64,000 bases of DNA, taken from assembly GCA_963816275.1 (NCBI GenBank), contig CAWFJU010000005.1:297636-361635 (forward strand), written 5' to 3'. Of this stretch, positions 1-11,203 are shown in pieces (position 1 is the stretch's first letter; each line of letters opens with the position of its first letter). The translations under genes and the position numbers were made by a program. The notes beneath the pieces were generated by a model. It searched no databases. It was not told where the DNA came from and worked only from the letters and a program-made list of their open reading frames with translations. Source of the DNA: an uncultured Actinomycetes bacterium (lineage in GTDB: Bacteria > Actinomycetota > UBA4738 > HRBIN12).

Positions 1-1557
1 ACGTCGACCGGGCGCGCGCCGTCTCGGCCCGCCGGAACCTCGCCGCGTTCCTCGACGAGGTGCACGCGTTCGAGCCGCTGGAGGGCGAGCTCACGCTTCG
101 CGCCTTCCTCGACCACGTCGATGCCGTCGAGGCGCTCGACAAGCAGGAGTGGGCGCCGGTGCAGCCCTCCGACGAGGACTCGGTGAAGGTCATGACGATC
201 CACGTCGCGAAGGGCCTGGAGTTCGACCACGTGTTCGTGCCGGGGATGGCCCACGACATCCTCCCGAACCCCACGATCCCGCAGAACCCGGCGGAGCGAG
301 GCAAGTCGCTCGACTTCGAGCTGCGAGGCGACCACGAGATCCTGCCGGTCTTCGAGGGGAACCTGTCGGCCTTCCGCGAGGCCCTGAAGGTGCAGGAGAT
401 CGTCGAGGAGCGCCGGACCGCCTACGTCGCCCTCACCCGCGCGCGGCGGTCGCTCCACGTCTCGGGCTCGTACTGGTACGGCGACAACTCGCGCCCGAAG
501 AAGGCGAGCGAGTTCCTGGACGAGCTCTTCGCGTGGGGCGAGCGCACCGGCGAGGCCGAGGTCGTACGCGGTCCCGACGAGGCCGGTGACGAGAACCCGA
601 TGCTGGGGTTCCGCGCACGGTTCGTGCGCGACTGGCCGGGACCTGCGCGTCCCGACGAGACCGACGAGACGTTCGCCGACGGCTGGCGTCGCGCCGCGCT
701 GGAGGCGTCCGTGGCCGGAGGGATCCAGCCGTCGCTGATCGAGACGCTCGCCGACGACGATCGTGCGGCGTTCGAGCGACTCGCGGCCGAGCGCCGACAG
801 GTCGCCACCCACCTCCGGGAGCGCGAGACCGCCGAGGGCGGCCCGCCTGCCGAAGGTGTCCCACTCTCGGTCTCGGTCGGCGGCGTCACGACGTACGCGC
901 AATGCCCGAAGCGCTTCTACTGGACGAGCGTGCGGCCGCTCCCACGGTTCAGCGGTCCCGCCGCTCGGATCGGCACCGACGTGCACAAGTGGATCGAGCG
1001 CCGGGCCCGCGGGCAGGGCCAGCTCCTCGAGGTGAGCGACGCGCCCGACCTGACCGACGAGGAGCTGGCGGGCGACCCCGGTCGCATCGAGCGTCTGCGC
1101 CAGGCCTTCATCGAGAGCCGGTTCAACGACGTGACACCGCTCTTCGCCGAGCGGGCGTTCCTGCTGCGGCTCGGCGCGATGAGCGTGGCGGGTCGGATCG
1201 ACGCCGATCTATGGCGAGCCCGACGGCCCGTGGGAAGTCGTCGACTGGAAGACCGGGAAGCGCCCGCCCGCCGACGACCCCTCGCTCGGTCTGCAGCTCG
1301 ACCTCTACGGCCTGGCCTGCATCGAGATCTGGGGGAAGTCGGCCGAGGAGGTCACGCTCACCTACTTCTACCTGGCGAGCGGTGAGGAGGTCGTCCGCCC
1401 GATGGACGACCCCGATGTGGTCAGGAAGCGCGTGGCGGATTCGCTCGGCGCGATCGAGGGCGGCGCGTTCGAGCCGACGCCCGGCCAGTGGTGCCGCCAC
1501 TGCGACTTCCGCGCGTTCTGCGATGCCGGGAAGCACTGGCTCGCCGGAGCCGACTAG
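1..1557 (+). CDS. UvrD/PcrA-like helicase C-terminal region fused to a RecB/Cas4-type Cys-cluster PD-(D/E)XK nuclease. The 5' end is cut by the window edge and there is one frame change near 1205-1215.
   Basis: ORF 60..1385 has helicase motif VI-like VMTIHVAKGLEFDHVFVPGM and VALTRARRSLHVS, plus a nuclease core TYAQCPKRFYW...GRIDA. The reading then continues in the +1 frame (IYGEPDGPWEVVDWKTGKRPP...CRHCDFRAFCDAG) to TAG at 1555-1557, which gives the 4-Cys pattern. Confidence 0.7.
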
Positions 1558-1670
1558 CGTGAGCGGAGGAGGCGCGGCCATCTGGCATTGGACGCAGAGT
1601 GCACACCCATGGACGTCGAACTCGGCACGCTTGCGGGCGGACTGATCGTCGCGGCGTTCGGACGCTATCT

Positions 1671-2030
1671 CTACCGACGGGACAACCGTTCCACGGCATC
1701 TCCGAACGAGCGATAGCTCGCGGCCGGATCGAACCCGCCCTCGGTGATGCCGGGCACGACGCGGACGGACAATCCCGCCTCGACGCTCGCACGAACCTGG
1801 GCCGCCGCACGGAACCATTCGAGCGAGCCGGGCTGGATCTGCACCTCCCCGCTCGTTCCCTGGCGGCGGTAGGCCGCGTCGTCGGTCACGATCGGGGTCC
1901 GGCGGAAGGACTTCGCGAGGGTGGCGCCCATCGCCTCGTCCTCGCACTCGACCGCCACGTCGCGGCCGTCCCAGGCGACGGTGGCGACGACGTCGTCGGG
2001 CGCGTCCTCGCGGTAGAACTCGACCTTCAT
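1671..2030 (-). CDS. hypothetical protein (119 aa)
   Basis: Clean ORF with GC3-rich codon usage and no frame breaks. No motif recognised. Confidence 0.45.
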   Translation of the reverse strand: MKVEFYREDAPDDVVATVAWDGRDVAVECEDEAMGATLAKSFRRTPIVTDDAAYRRQGTSGEVQIQPGSLEWFRAAAQVRASVEAGLSVRVVPGITEGGFDPAASYRSFGDAVERLSRR

Positions 2031-2040
2031 CTCGGGAAGG

Positions 2041-2463
2041 CTACCGGCCGAGCGACCGGTCGACGCGGCGGAGCATGCGCGCGAGGCTCTCCATCAGGGC
2101 GATCGCCATCGCGGGATCGCGCTCGAGGGTCTTCAGGAAGTCGTCCCGGGAGATCATCAGCATCGTCATCGGCGTCTCGGTGGTGACCGTGGCGGTACGC
2201 TCGCCGCCGTCGAGCAGCGAGATCTCGCCGAAGTGGTCACCCGGCAGCACCCGGTGGACGGTCCGCCCCTTCACCTGCACCTTGGCCTGTCCGGCGAGCG
2301 CCACGAAGAACGAGTCTCCGATGTCGCCCTCGCGCACGACGGAGTGACCCTCCATGTAGTTCACGACCTCGGCCAGGCCCGCGATCTGCTTCAGCTGCTT
2401 CTTCGTGAGCCCCTCGAACAGGGGCACGGCCGCCAACACCGGCTCGAGCTTCGGCTTCGCCAC
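2041..2463 (-). CDS. cyclic nucleotide-binding domain protein
   Basis: cNMP-binding beta-roll signature (GDxGDSFFVALAGQAKV...LPGDHFGEISLLDGGERTATV). Confidence 0.75.
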   Translation of the reverse strand: MAKPKLEPVLAAVPLFEGLTKKQLKQIAGLAEVVNYMEGHSVVREGDIGDSFFVALAGQAKVQVKGRTVHRVLPGDHFGEISLLDGGERTATVTTETPMTMLMISRDDFLKTLERDPAMAIALMESLARMLRRVDRSLGR

Positions 2464-2564
2464 GGATATGCCTCCTCATCGCTTCCGTCGGGGATCTCGC
2501 TCGCGTCAGCCTATCCGGTCGCGGCGAACGCCGGGACGGGCCGAGCGGCGGAGCGGCGAACGCC

Positions 2565-3201
2565 GTGTCGGTGCCCCTCGGTATCGTTCGCGACCCGGGC
2601 TCCCCCGGAAGGAGTGGCACGATGGCCGAGCGGCTGCCCCGCTCGCACGAACCGCTCCCCCTCGTACCCCTGCGGACGGGTCAGACGGTGGTCCGCCAAG
2701 GCGAACGGTGCCCGGCGCTGTGGCGCGTGGGATCCGGCGTGCTCACGCGCCGCGGCCGTCGGCCACGACGGCCGAGAGCTGACGCTCGACGTGCTGGGGC
2801 CGGGCGATCCCGTGGGCGAACCGGCCGGCGAGGTATCCACGCTCACGGTCCGCGCGATGCGGCCCTCGCGTCTCGTGGCGGTCGCCGGACGCGACGTCGA
2901 GGCGCTGCTCGCCGGACGGGCGCGCCGCCGCGAGACGCTCGCGTGCGACCTCGCCTGGCTCGACGTCGCCGACCGCGTGGCCCGCCGGCTCGACGACCTC
3001 GCGGCGCGGTTCGGCCGCCCGGTGCCCGGCGGCACGCTGATCCCGTTCACGATCACCCAGGAATCGTCGGCCTCGCTGGCGGGGACGTCGCGGGAGTCGG
3101 CGAACCGCGCGATCCGTCGGCTGGTCGCAGTGGGCACGATCGCGATGGCCGGGCGGGGGCGGTACGTCGTCCGCCATCACCTGCGCGCGGTGCGGCCGTG
3201 A
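2565..3201 (+). CDS. Crp/Fnr-family transcriptional regulator (cNMP-binding domain plus C-terminal HTH), with an apparent frame change near 2745-2755
   Basis: The N-terminal part is in the frame of ORF 2565 (LRTGQTVVRQGERCPALWRVGSGVL). The C-terminal part is in the frame of ORF 2233 (HDGRELTLDVLGPGDPVGE...ITQESSASLAGTSRESANRAIRRL). Confidence 0.65.
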
Positions 3202-3209
3202 GCCGGGCC

Positions 3210-4145
3210 TCAGCCCTCGGGGGCGGGCTCCGGCTCCGGTTCGGAGGCGACGGCCGCCGGGGCGCCGCCTGCCTCGGCCTCTGCGCCTTCCTGCAGGATC
3301 ACGAGGCTGCAGGTCGAGCAGTAGCGCGCGCGGCCCTTCACCGGGCGGCCGCATCGAGCGCACTCGCGGGGGACCACGGTCCCCCAGGTGGCGTCCGCGC
3401 CCCTGCCCGTGCTCGCGACCCGCCCTTCCGCCTGGAGCTTCAGCAGGTGCGCGAGCACCGAGCGGGCCGCCAGCGGGCGCACCTCGGGGGGGTAGTCGAC
3501 GTAGATCCTCTCGACGATCGCGGCGATCGTGCTCGGCCCCTCGGTGAGCACCGCGAGCACTTGCCGCTCGCGTTCGGCCCGGTGGTCCAGGTACTCCCGC
3601 AGCTTCGCGCCGGCCCGCACAACCACGGGGCCGTGCCCCGGATAGAGCGTCGTCGGGTTCGAGCTCCTGCATGCGCTGGAGCGATCGCAGGTACTTCGTC
3701 AGGTCGCCCTCGGGCGGGTCGATGAAGCTCGTCCCCCGTCCGAGCACGGCGTCGCCCGTGAACAGCGCCCCCTCGGTCGCCAGGTGGAACACGACGTGGT
3801 CGGCCGAGTGACCGGGCGTGTGGATCGCCGTGAGCTCGAGCCCGCCGGCTCGCACGACCTGGCCGTCTCGAAGGTGCTCGGCGCCCGGAAGGCGGAACGC
3901 GAACAGCGGTGCCTTCGCGCGATCCGGCGAACGCCGCCGCGCCCGGCGCGTGGTCAGGATGGTCGTGCGTCACGAGCACCGCTCCCACGCGGCCGGCGAC
4001 GCGCGCGACCTCGTCGAGGTGGGCGGGGATGTCGGGACCCGGGTCGATCACCACCGACGGGGACCTCGCCGACGACCCACGTGTTCGTCCCCTCGAGGGT
4101 GTACACGTCGGGGTTGGGCGCCAGCACGCGCAGGATCCGCAGCAC
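3210..4145 (-). pseudogene. MBL-fold metallo-hydrolase with C-terminal winged-helix region, split over 4 frames (breaks near 4050, 3870 and 3650)
   Basis: The pieces are VLRILRVLAPNPDVYTLEGTNTWVVGEVP, then SVVIDPGPD...VLVTHDHPDHAPGAAAFAG, then AGGLELTAIHTPGHSADHVVFHL...GDAVLGRGTSF, then TLYPGHGPVV...LTEGPSTIAAIVE. A GTG start lies 2 nt after the NUDIX stop. Confidence 0.7.
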
Positions 4146-4146
4146 G

Positions 4147-4809
4147 TCACTCCTCCCAGAACACCGAGGACGGGAGCGTTTCGACCTCGGCCTCGTCGGG
4201 CTCGCGGGTCTCGAACCGCAGGGCGATGACGTCGTCGACCGTCTCGCACTCCGCGAGGTGCAGCATCGTGACGTAGGTCGGCCAGTAGAGCTTCCGGTCG
4301 CCCTCCGCCCAGCCGGCGAGGAGGGAGCGCGGACCTTCCCACCACGCGTGCTCGGCCTCGGCGCCGTCGGGCGCGGGCTCGAGCCCCTCCGGCGCCGCCA
4401 CCGCGAAGTACCGAGCGTCGAACCGCACCGGCACGTCGACGGGAGCGATCCAGTGGGCGACCTCGGGCAGCTGAGCCACGATGCGGGGGCGTCGCGTGCG
4501 GTCGGATCCAGGGAGTCTGGCGTGCCGGCGTCGACCAGACCCGCCGCCGGTGAGGGCCAGGCCGGCCTCCTCGACGAGCTCGCGCACGCCGGCGGCGCGG
4601 GCGGCTTCCGCGCGATCGCCGAACCACCGATCCGCGAGCGCCGCATCGTCGGCATCGACCGCGCCGCCCGGGAACACCACGTAGCCCGGCAGGAACCGGC
4701 TCGAGGCGCTCCGCTGCAGCACGAGCACCTCGGGACCGTCGCCGCCCGGGCGGGCGGCGATCACCGAGGCGGCATGGCGGATCGGTCGTCCATCGCTCAC
4801 GCGGGTCAT
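4147..4809 (-). CDS. NUDIX hydrolase
   Basis: Nudix box GGAVDADDAALADRWFGDRAEAARAAGVRELVEEAGL. The ORF is intact at 220 aa. Confidence 0.7.
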   Translation of the reverse strand: MTRVSDGRPIRHAASVIAARPGGDGPEVLVLQRSASSRFLPGYVVFPGGAVDADDAALADRWFGDRAEAARAAGVRELVEEAGLALTGGGSGRRRHARLPGSDRTRRPRIVAQLPEVAHWIAPVDVPVRFDARYFAVAAPEGLEPAPDGAEAEHAWWEGPRSLLAGWAEGDRKLYWPTYVTMLHLAECETVDDVIALRFETREPDEAEVETLPSSVFWEE

Positions 4810-4853
4810 CCTCCCAGGTGCCGCCCGGGCCCGCGCACGGCGATACTCGCTGC

Positions 4854-5950
4854 ATGCCGGCGCCCGTCCGCACCGCGATCATCGAGGCGATCCACGACCA
4901 CGGACCGATCTCGTTCGCCGAGTACATGGAGCTCGCCCTCTACGGGCCGGGCGGCTTCTACGAGGTCCCGCCGGTCGGCACCGAGGGCGACTTCGTCACC
5001 AGCCCGCACGTCCACCCGGTGTTCGGGCAGCTCCTTGCGCGCGCGATCGCGGAGCTCCGGTCGGCGCTCGGCGCTCCCGTGCCGTACCGGATCGTCGAGG
5101 TGGGCGCCGGCGACGGGACTCTGGCTCGGCAACTGCTCGAGGCCATCGGGCCGGACGACGTCGACTACGCGACGGTCGAGCGGAGCCCTGGCGCCAGGGA
5201 GGCGCTCGCGGCCCTCCCCGGGGTGTCGGTGCGCGAGCGACTCGCGGACGACCGAGCCATCGACCCGCACCTGGTGCTCGCGCACGAACTGCTCGACAAC
5301 CTCCCGTTCCGCCGGGTGCGCGGAACGCCGGACGGCCCCCGCGAGGTCCGTGTCGGGCACGATCGGCGGACCGCCTGGTCGAGATCCTCGTCGACCCAGG
5401 GTCCGACGACGTGGTCAATCGAGCCGCCGTGGGTCTCGACCCCGGCCAGGAGATCGTCGTGCCCGACGGCGCGTTCGCCTTCATCGACGAGGTGGCCGCG
5501 GCGGTCACGAGCGGCTACGCACTGTTGATCGACTACGGCGACCTGGGCTCGGGCGGAGGCGACACCCATGGCTATCGCGGCCACCGCGTGGTCGACGACC
5601 CGCTGGACATGCCGGGCGAGGCCGACATCACCGCCGGGGTGGACGTCGCGGCGGTCGCCGCCCGAGCCGAGGCTGCAGGTCTCGTCGCGTTCCCGGTCGT
5701 CTCGCAGCACCGCGCCCTGATGGCCCTCGGCTTCGAGGATTGGGTCCGCGGCGAGCTCGCCCGGCAGGTGGCGCTGCTCGACGAGCGCGACGGGCTCGGC
5801 GCCGTGCGAGCATGGACCGGACGGAGCCGCGCGACCCTCCTCGCCGATCCCGCCTCGCTCGGGCGGTTCAGGTGGCTGCTGCTCGCGACCCCGGGGCTGC
5901 CGGCCCCGGCGTGGCTCGAGGCTGCCGCCTCCGAGGACACGTCCGCTAGC
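4854..5950 (+). CDS. class I SAM-dependent methyltransferase of the DUF185/MidA (NDUFAF7-like) family, with a frame change near 5355 and an uncertain 3' end
   Basis: The N-terminal part reads ISFAEYMELALYGPGGFY...IVEVGAGDGTLARQLL. The C-terminal part, in another frame, reads DRLVEILVDPGSDDVVNRAAVGLDPGQEIVVPDGAFAFIDEVAAAVTSGYALLIDYG. Confidence 0.6.
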
Positions 5951-5952
5951 TC

Positions 5953-6838
5953 AGCTAGCCGAGGAGCCGGCCGCGGCGCAGCCCGTCGAACACCCGGTAC
6001 TGCAGGTAGACCATCGAGGCCGTCAGCACGAACATCACGCGTCGTGGCGGCCGAGGCGTATCCGTACCGCAGGTACTCGAACGCATTGCGGTAGACGAAC
6101 AAGGGGAGGTAGGTCGTCTGGTACGGCGGCGGACCGCCGTCCGTGACCACGAGCGCCGGCACGAAGGTGGACTGGAAGCTCATCACGGTGTCGCGCGCGA
6201 CGAGCAGGAGCAGCGCCGGCGCCATCAACGGGAGCGTGATCCGCACGAGCCGGCCGACGGGCCCCGCGCCCTGCTCGGCGGCCAGGTCGTACAGCTCGTC
6301 GGGGATCTCGCGGCGGGCCGCGACCGCGATCAGGAACCCCTCCCCGATCAGGAACAGGCCCATCAGGATCACGCCCCATCGCGCGTCCGTGCCCACCGTG
6401 AGCCAGGACGGCGTCGGGCAGTCCGAGCGCGCCGAGCGCCAGGTTCAGCGGCCCGTACAGCGGGTTCAGGATCCAGATCCAGAGGAGCGCGTACGCGACG
6501 TCGGGGATCACGGCCGGCGAGAAGATCGCCGCCCGCATCGGCCCGGCGCCGCGGGCGCGTCCCGCCAGGAGCAGCCCGAGCGACACCGCCAGCACCAGCC
6601 GCAGCGGCACCGCGAACAGCACGTACTGCAGTGAGTTCCGCAGCGAGAGCCGGAACACGTCGTCGCGAAGCAGCTCCCTGAAGTTGTCGAGCCAGACGAA
6701 CCGAGGCGGCTGCACGAGATCCCACTCGAAGGTCGACATCACCAGGGTGAGACCGGCCGGGAGGACGACCAGCACGGCCACCCCGACGAGGAAGGGCGCG
6801 GCCATCAACCACAGGCCGCGCCGCTCCGTCTCGAGCAT
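5953..6838 (-). pseudogene. carbohydrate ABC transporter permease (UgpA/MalF-like), with at least 2 frame changes (near 6400 and 6055)
   Basis: N-terminal LWLMAAPFLVGVAVLVVLP, an EAA-loop region GAGPVGRLVRITLPLMAPALL, and the C-terminal YASA...MFVLTASMVYLQY lie in three different frames. Confidence 0.6.
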
Positions 6839-6844
6839 GTCCGT

Positions 6845-8150
6845 CTACCCCTCGGTCGCCCGGTCGAAGAGCGGCTGGGTCGCCTTGATGATCTCGGTCG
6901 CCACCTCTGCCGCCTCGGCGCCCGTGTAGTAGCCCTCCTCGAAGAGGCCGTTCGCCGTGTCCTCGATCTCGGGCCACGTCGAGATGTGCGGCACCGACTG
7001 CAGCACGGGGATGTTGTCCAGGAACACCTGCGAGTTCGCCGGCGCCGCCGACGGATCGAGGAACGCCTCGGAGTTCGCGATCTCGATCATCGAGGGCACC
7101 GTGCGGCCGGTCTTCGCCGCGATCGTCTGCCCGTCCTCGCCGAGCGCGTACTCGAGGAAGTCCCAGGCCGCGTCCTTGTGCTCGGAGGCGGCGGTCATGC
7201 AGTAGGCGTCGGAGTGCAGGATCGAGGCCGGCTCCACCCACTGCGGCAGCGGCGCGACGTCCCAGCCGAAGTCGGAGATCGTTCGGAACGCCGGCACGAC
7301 CTTCCGCGACTCCATCAGCATCCCCAGCGTCCCGTTCAAGAACCGTGTCTCGAAGTCCTCGGCCTCGGCCTCCTCGTCGGTCGGCGTGACGCTCGTGCTT
7401 CGTGCGCAGGTCGAAGAACGCCTGCATCGCCTGCAGGTCCTTCAGGTAGTCCGAGCGTGAACCGGCGTCGGCGGCGTCGTCGGTGAGCGCGCCCAGGTTC
7501 GACCAGATGAACGGCGCCAGCCGGATGATCTCGGGATCGACGCCGAGCCCGTACTGGTCCGGCGCGCCGTCGCCGTCGGTGTCCTTCGTGAGCGCGAGCG
7601 GCGGTCGCGACCATCTGCGCCCAGGTCCAGCTCCGCCTTCGGCGGCTTCACGCCCGCCTCGGCGAACAGGTCCTCGTTGTAGTAGACGACCAGGCTCGAG
7701 ACGTTCATGCGGCATGCAGGTCTGCTGCCCATCGTCCTGGAACGCCTCCATCGCCTCGGGGTAGAAGCGATCCGGCTCGAGCCCGCCCTCGGCGTCGAGG
7801 TAGGGCGTCATCGACTCGAGCGCGCCCTTGGCCTGGAACTGCCCGTAGTAGCGGTAGTTCAGCAGGAACAGGTCGGGCGGGTTGCCGCCCGCGATCGAGG
7901 TCGACGAGACGCGCGATCAGCTCGTCGCGCTCGGCCAGCTCGATCAGGTTGACCGTCACCGTGTCCTGCGCTGCCTCGTAGCCCGTCGACCACCTGGCGG
8001 TACGCCTCGAGCTCCTCCGGGTCGCCCGAGACCAGGACGTCGATCTCCTGCGCTGCGAGCGACCCGGCGGTCGAGGACGCCTCCGGGTCGTCACTCCCGG
8101 TGCACGCGGCCACCGCCATCGCCACCGTCGTGACGACCGCGAACCACCGC
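6845..8150 (-). pseudogene. sugar ABC transporter substrate-binding lipoprotein (SBP family 1), with 4 or more frame changes
   Basis: A lipobox-type N-terminus (VAMAVAACTGSDDPE), a mid region (LFLLN.../VSSLVVYYNEDLFAEAGVKPP) and a C-terminal region (SQVFLDNIPVLQSVPHISTWPEIEDTANGLFEEGYY) are spread over several frames. Confidence 0.6.
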
Positions 8151-8168
8151 TCCGAGTACGCATCTCCA

Positions 8169-9020
8169 TCAGTTCCGTGCCCCTTCCATCGTCGGCCGGT
8201 CCGAGAGGAACCGGCGTTGGACCAACGCGAACACCACCACCACGGGCGCCACGGCGATCGCCGCGCCCGCGAGCATCAGCGGCTGGTCGGTCGCCGGCAG
8301 CGTCGCCAGCGACCGGATCCCGATCGGCAGCGTGAACCACCGCTCGTCGTACACGTAGATCAGCGGATCGAGGAAGTTGCCCCACGACACGAGGAACGCG
8401 AGCGCCGCCACCGTGCCGGCGGTGCCCGCGCGTGAGCGGCACGCCCACGCGCCACCACTGCGCGAGCGGGCCGCAGCCGGCCTCGCGCGCGAGGTCGAAC
8501 AGGGCTCGGGCAGCCGCCGGAACGACCACGCGAAGAAGACGACGAACAGCGGCGACATCCCGAGCAGCGCCGGGGCCATCAGCGGGATCAGCGTGTCGGT
8601 GAGCCCGAGCCACCGGAAGACCGTGACCCGCCCCACGAACAGCGCCGTCGCGGGGATCATCAGCACCACCACGCAGAGGGCCACGAGGAACGCCCCGGCC
8701 GACCGCGGCAGCCGGGCGATCGCGAACCCCGCCCACGACGCCACGACCACGCTCAAGGGCACCGCCACGGCCGCCACGAGCAGCGAGTTCCTCAGGTAGC
8801 GCGCCATCGGCACCGTGTGGAACACCTCGCGCGTAGTTCCCGAACGCCCACGACGGCGGGATGAGCTCGACGCTCCTCGGCGGCGGGAGCCCGACCGGGC
8901 GCAGCGACCCGAGCACGAGCACCGCGAAGAGCGAGACGAACGACGCCGCGAACGGGAGCGCGACGAGCGTTCGCGCCCGACGTGGCGCGGCGCTCGTACG
9001 CCGGCGGGCGGCGGGGACGA
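8169..9020 (-). pseudogene. carbohydrate ABC transporter permease (UgpE/MalG-like), with 2 or more frame changes
   Basis: N-terminal RRARTLVALPFAASFVSLFAVLVLG, an EAA loop LFDLAREAGCGPLAQWWRVGVPLTRG, and an intact C-terminal 218-aa ORF (LPIGIRSLATLPATDQPLMLAGAAIAVAPVVVVF). Confidence 0.6.
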
Positions 9021-9425
9021 CCGAGCGGGGTCGGGACGGCGGGCTCCACGGTCCGGCGAGCTTAGCGGGGGCGCCCCGGCGCCGCGAGCCGGGCCGATCG
9101 CTCCGACGATGGCGCCAGGCTAGGCTCCGTCCGAGGATGGACGCGGATGACGCTCGACGGCCCCGAGAGCATGATGCCAGCGGTCCTGCGTGGTCGTCGC
9201 CGTGGTCGCCGCCGCCGTGGTCGTCGCCGCCACGACCCTGGCGACCTGGCGGCCACGCCGGAGGCACGCGCGGGCTCGGCGAGCCGGGCGAGCTCGAGCG
9301 AGCGCACGAGACCGGGACCTCGAGCGGCTCGCAGGCGCTCGCCGATGCGCGCGACGCCGGGCACGCTCGGGAAGATCGGTCCCGTGCGCCGGGCTCCCGC
9401 GCCCGGGTTGGACGGGCGCGGCCTC

Positions 9426-10653
9426 GATGAACCCGTCCACCGACGACTGGGAGCCGGCGATCGCCACCGACCCGATCGGCTCCCTACGTGTACGCGGCCT
9501 TCACGCGGTACGGCGAACCGAAGCCCTGCGCAGGGAAGTGCCCCTCCCCGCTGATCATGCTCGAGCATCTCCGACGACGGCGGCGCGACCTGGGGCACGG
9601 AGCGTCCGCTCTGCGTGTGCCGCGGCGCCGGCTCCCAGGCCGACCCCGAGATCGAGGTCGTGCCGAGACACCGGCGACGTCTACGCGGCCTGGCTGAACG
9701 ACGGCTTCAACACCGTGTTCGCGAGCTCGACCGACCACGGGAAGACGTGGAGCGACCCCGTGAAGACCTTCGGGAAGGTCTCCTGGACCGACAAGCCGTT
9801 CCTGGCCACCGAGCGACGACGGGCAGGCACGTGTACATCTCGTGGAACGGCCCGACCGGCGGCGATGCTCTACGTGGCGCAGTCGCACGACTTCGGCGCA
9901 ACCTGGCCCGACGAAGCTCGCCGACACGAAGCGCTACTACTTCGCGTTCGGCGGCGTGGTCGCGCCCGACGGGAACGATCGACGTTCTCGCAGAGCGAGC
10001 CTCGACCTACACCGGGCCCGGCGCGGGCGCCCGAGGGCTCGGTGCAGATCCACGCGATCACGTCGACGGACGCGGGGCGACACTGGACGAACATCGTCGT
10101 GGACACGGTCCCCGTCGGCGAGGCCTGCGACCCGGCCGGCGGCATGCAGCTCCGACTACTACCTCGGGCACGCGGCGATCGCGGCCGACGCGCGACGGGA
10201 ACCTCGCGATCGTGTACGACGGCGCGACGCACGGATCTGGGCGCGACAGCGGATCTGGGCGACGGCGCTCGACCGACGGCGGCACGACGTGGACGACGCC
10301 CGTCGCGCGTGTCGACTCTCTCGACGAGCAGGCGCGGCGTTCACCGCCGTGGCCGCGACCGGCCGCGGCGACGTGCGCGCGTGGTACATGCAGCAGGACG
10401 GCGGCCCCGACGCCTGGAACGTGTGGTACCGGCGCGTCGACCGACGGCGGGGCTCACGTGGTCGTCGCCCGTGAAGCTGTCCGACGTGACGGCGGGCACC
10501 GGCGTACATGTCCGCCGCGCGGGTTCCTGGAGCCGTACGGCGACTACGGCGAGATCGGGATCACGAACACGGGGAAGACGATCGCGATCTGGGGCGAGGG
10601 GATGAGCTGGATCTGGGACCCGGCGGGGTCTGGTTCAACCGGGAGCGCTGATC
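9426..10653 (+). pseudogene. BNR/Asp-box repeat protein (sialidase-like or GH-like) fragmented across all three plus-strand frames, with more than 8 frame changes
   Basis: Asp-box repeats STDHGKTWSDP, SHDFGATWP, STDAGRHWT, STDGGTTWTTP and TDGGAHVVV sit in alternating frames, together with YVYAAFTRYGEPKPCAG. Confidence 0.55.
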
Positions 10654-11150
10654 AGGCGCTCGACGAGCCGCTCGCCCCGCCTGACCGCCCACAGCAGCCG
10701 GTTCAGCTCGTCGATCGGCGACCGATCGGCGTGCTCGTAGGCGCCCATCTCCTCGGCGTCGAAGGTCCCCGGCGCCTTGACGCGGAGATCGTGCTCGCCC
10801 ACGAGCACGCAGTGGGTCTCGTGCGCGCCCGGCTCGCTCACGAACCCGATCACCTCGTCCCACGGCACCCGGGTCGTCGTGAGCACGTCGACCACCTCGA
10901 CGCCCCGCTCGGTGATCCGGAACCCCATCTTCGTCAGGCGCCGGCACACCCACGCGCACCCGAGCAGCAGGCACGCGCCCAGCACGCCGGACCGGGACCG
11001 CCACGGGCGAGACCAGGAACGCCGCGGCCATCGCGATCGGCACGAGGGGGAGCACGCGCAGCTCGAGCCGCCAGCCCCTTCGCCCACACCTCGAGCGCGC
11101 CGTCCTTGTCGTCGCGCACGCGGAATCCGCCCACCAGTTCCTGCTGCATG
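10635..11150 (-). pseudogene. membrane-anchored bacterial PH-domain (bPH_2/YdbS-like) protein, frame-disrupted
   Basis: N-terminal MQQELVGGFRVRDDKDGALEVWAKG, then hydrophobic segments, then a C-terminal 97-aa domain (MGFRITERGVEVVDVLTTTRVPWDEVIGFV...) in a different frame. Confidence 0.4.
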
Positions 11151-11203
11151 CTCGGAACCCCCTCGGGAGGGGTATCGGCCCGGGAGGGGCGAGGCTGAAG
11201 CCC

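Noticed and set aside
3784-5949. 721-aa plus-strand ORF, and similar very long ORFs (7705..9267 minus, 14429..16840 plus, 25693..28068 plus, 25853..27556 minus, 31766..33553 plus, 34832..37105 plus)
   Set aside because: Their translations are Arg/Pro/Gly-rich low-complexity strings that lie antisense to, or out of frame with, clearly recognisable genes. These are typical spurious ORFs of >70% GC DNA. Where they do contain real sequence (for example the selB tail in 14429..16840), it is only a fragment of a frame-shifted gene.
9020-9426. About 400 bp with no convincing coding frame, between the MalG-like permease and the BNR gene
   Set aside because: All six frames give low-complexity translations. 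It is probably the eroded 5' end or regulator of the decayed sugar locus, but nothing is identifiable.
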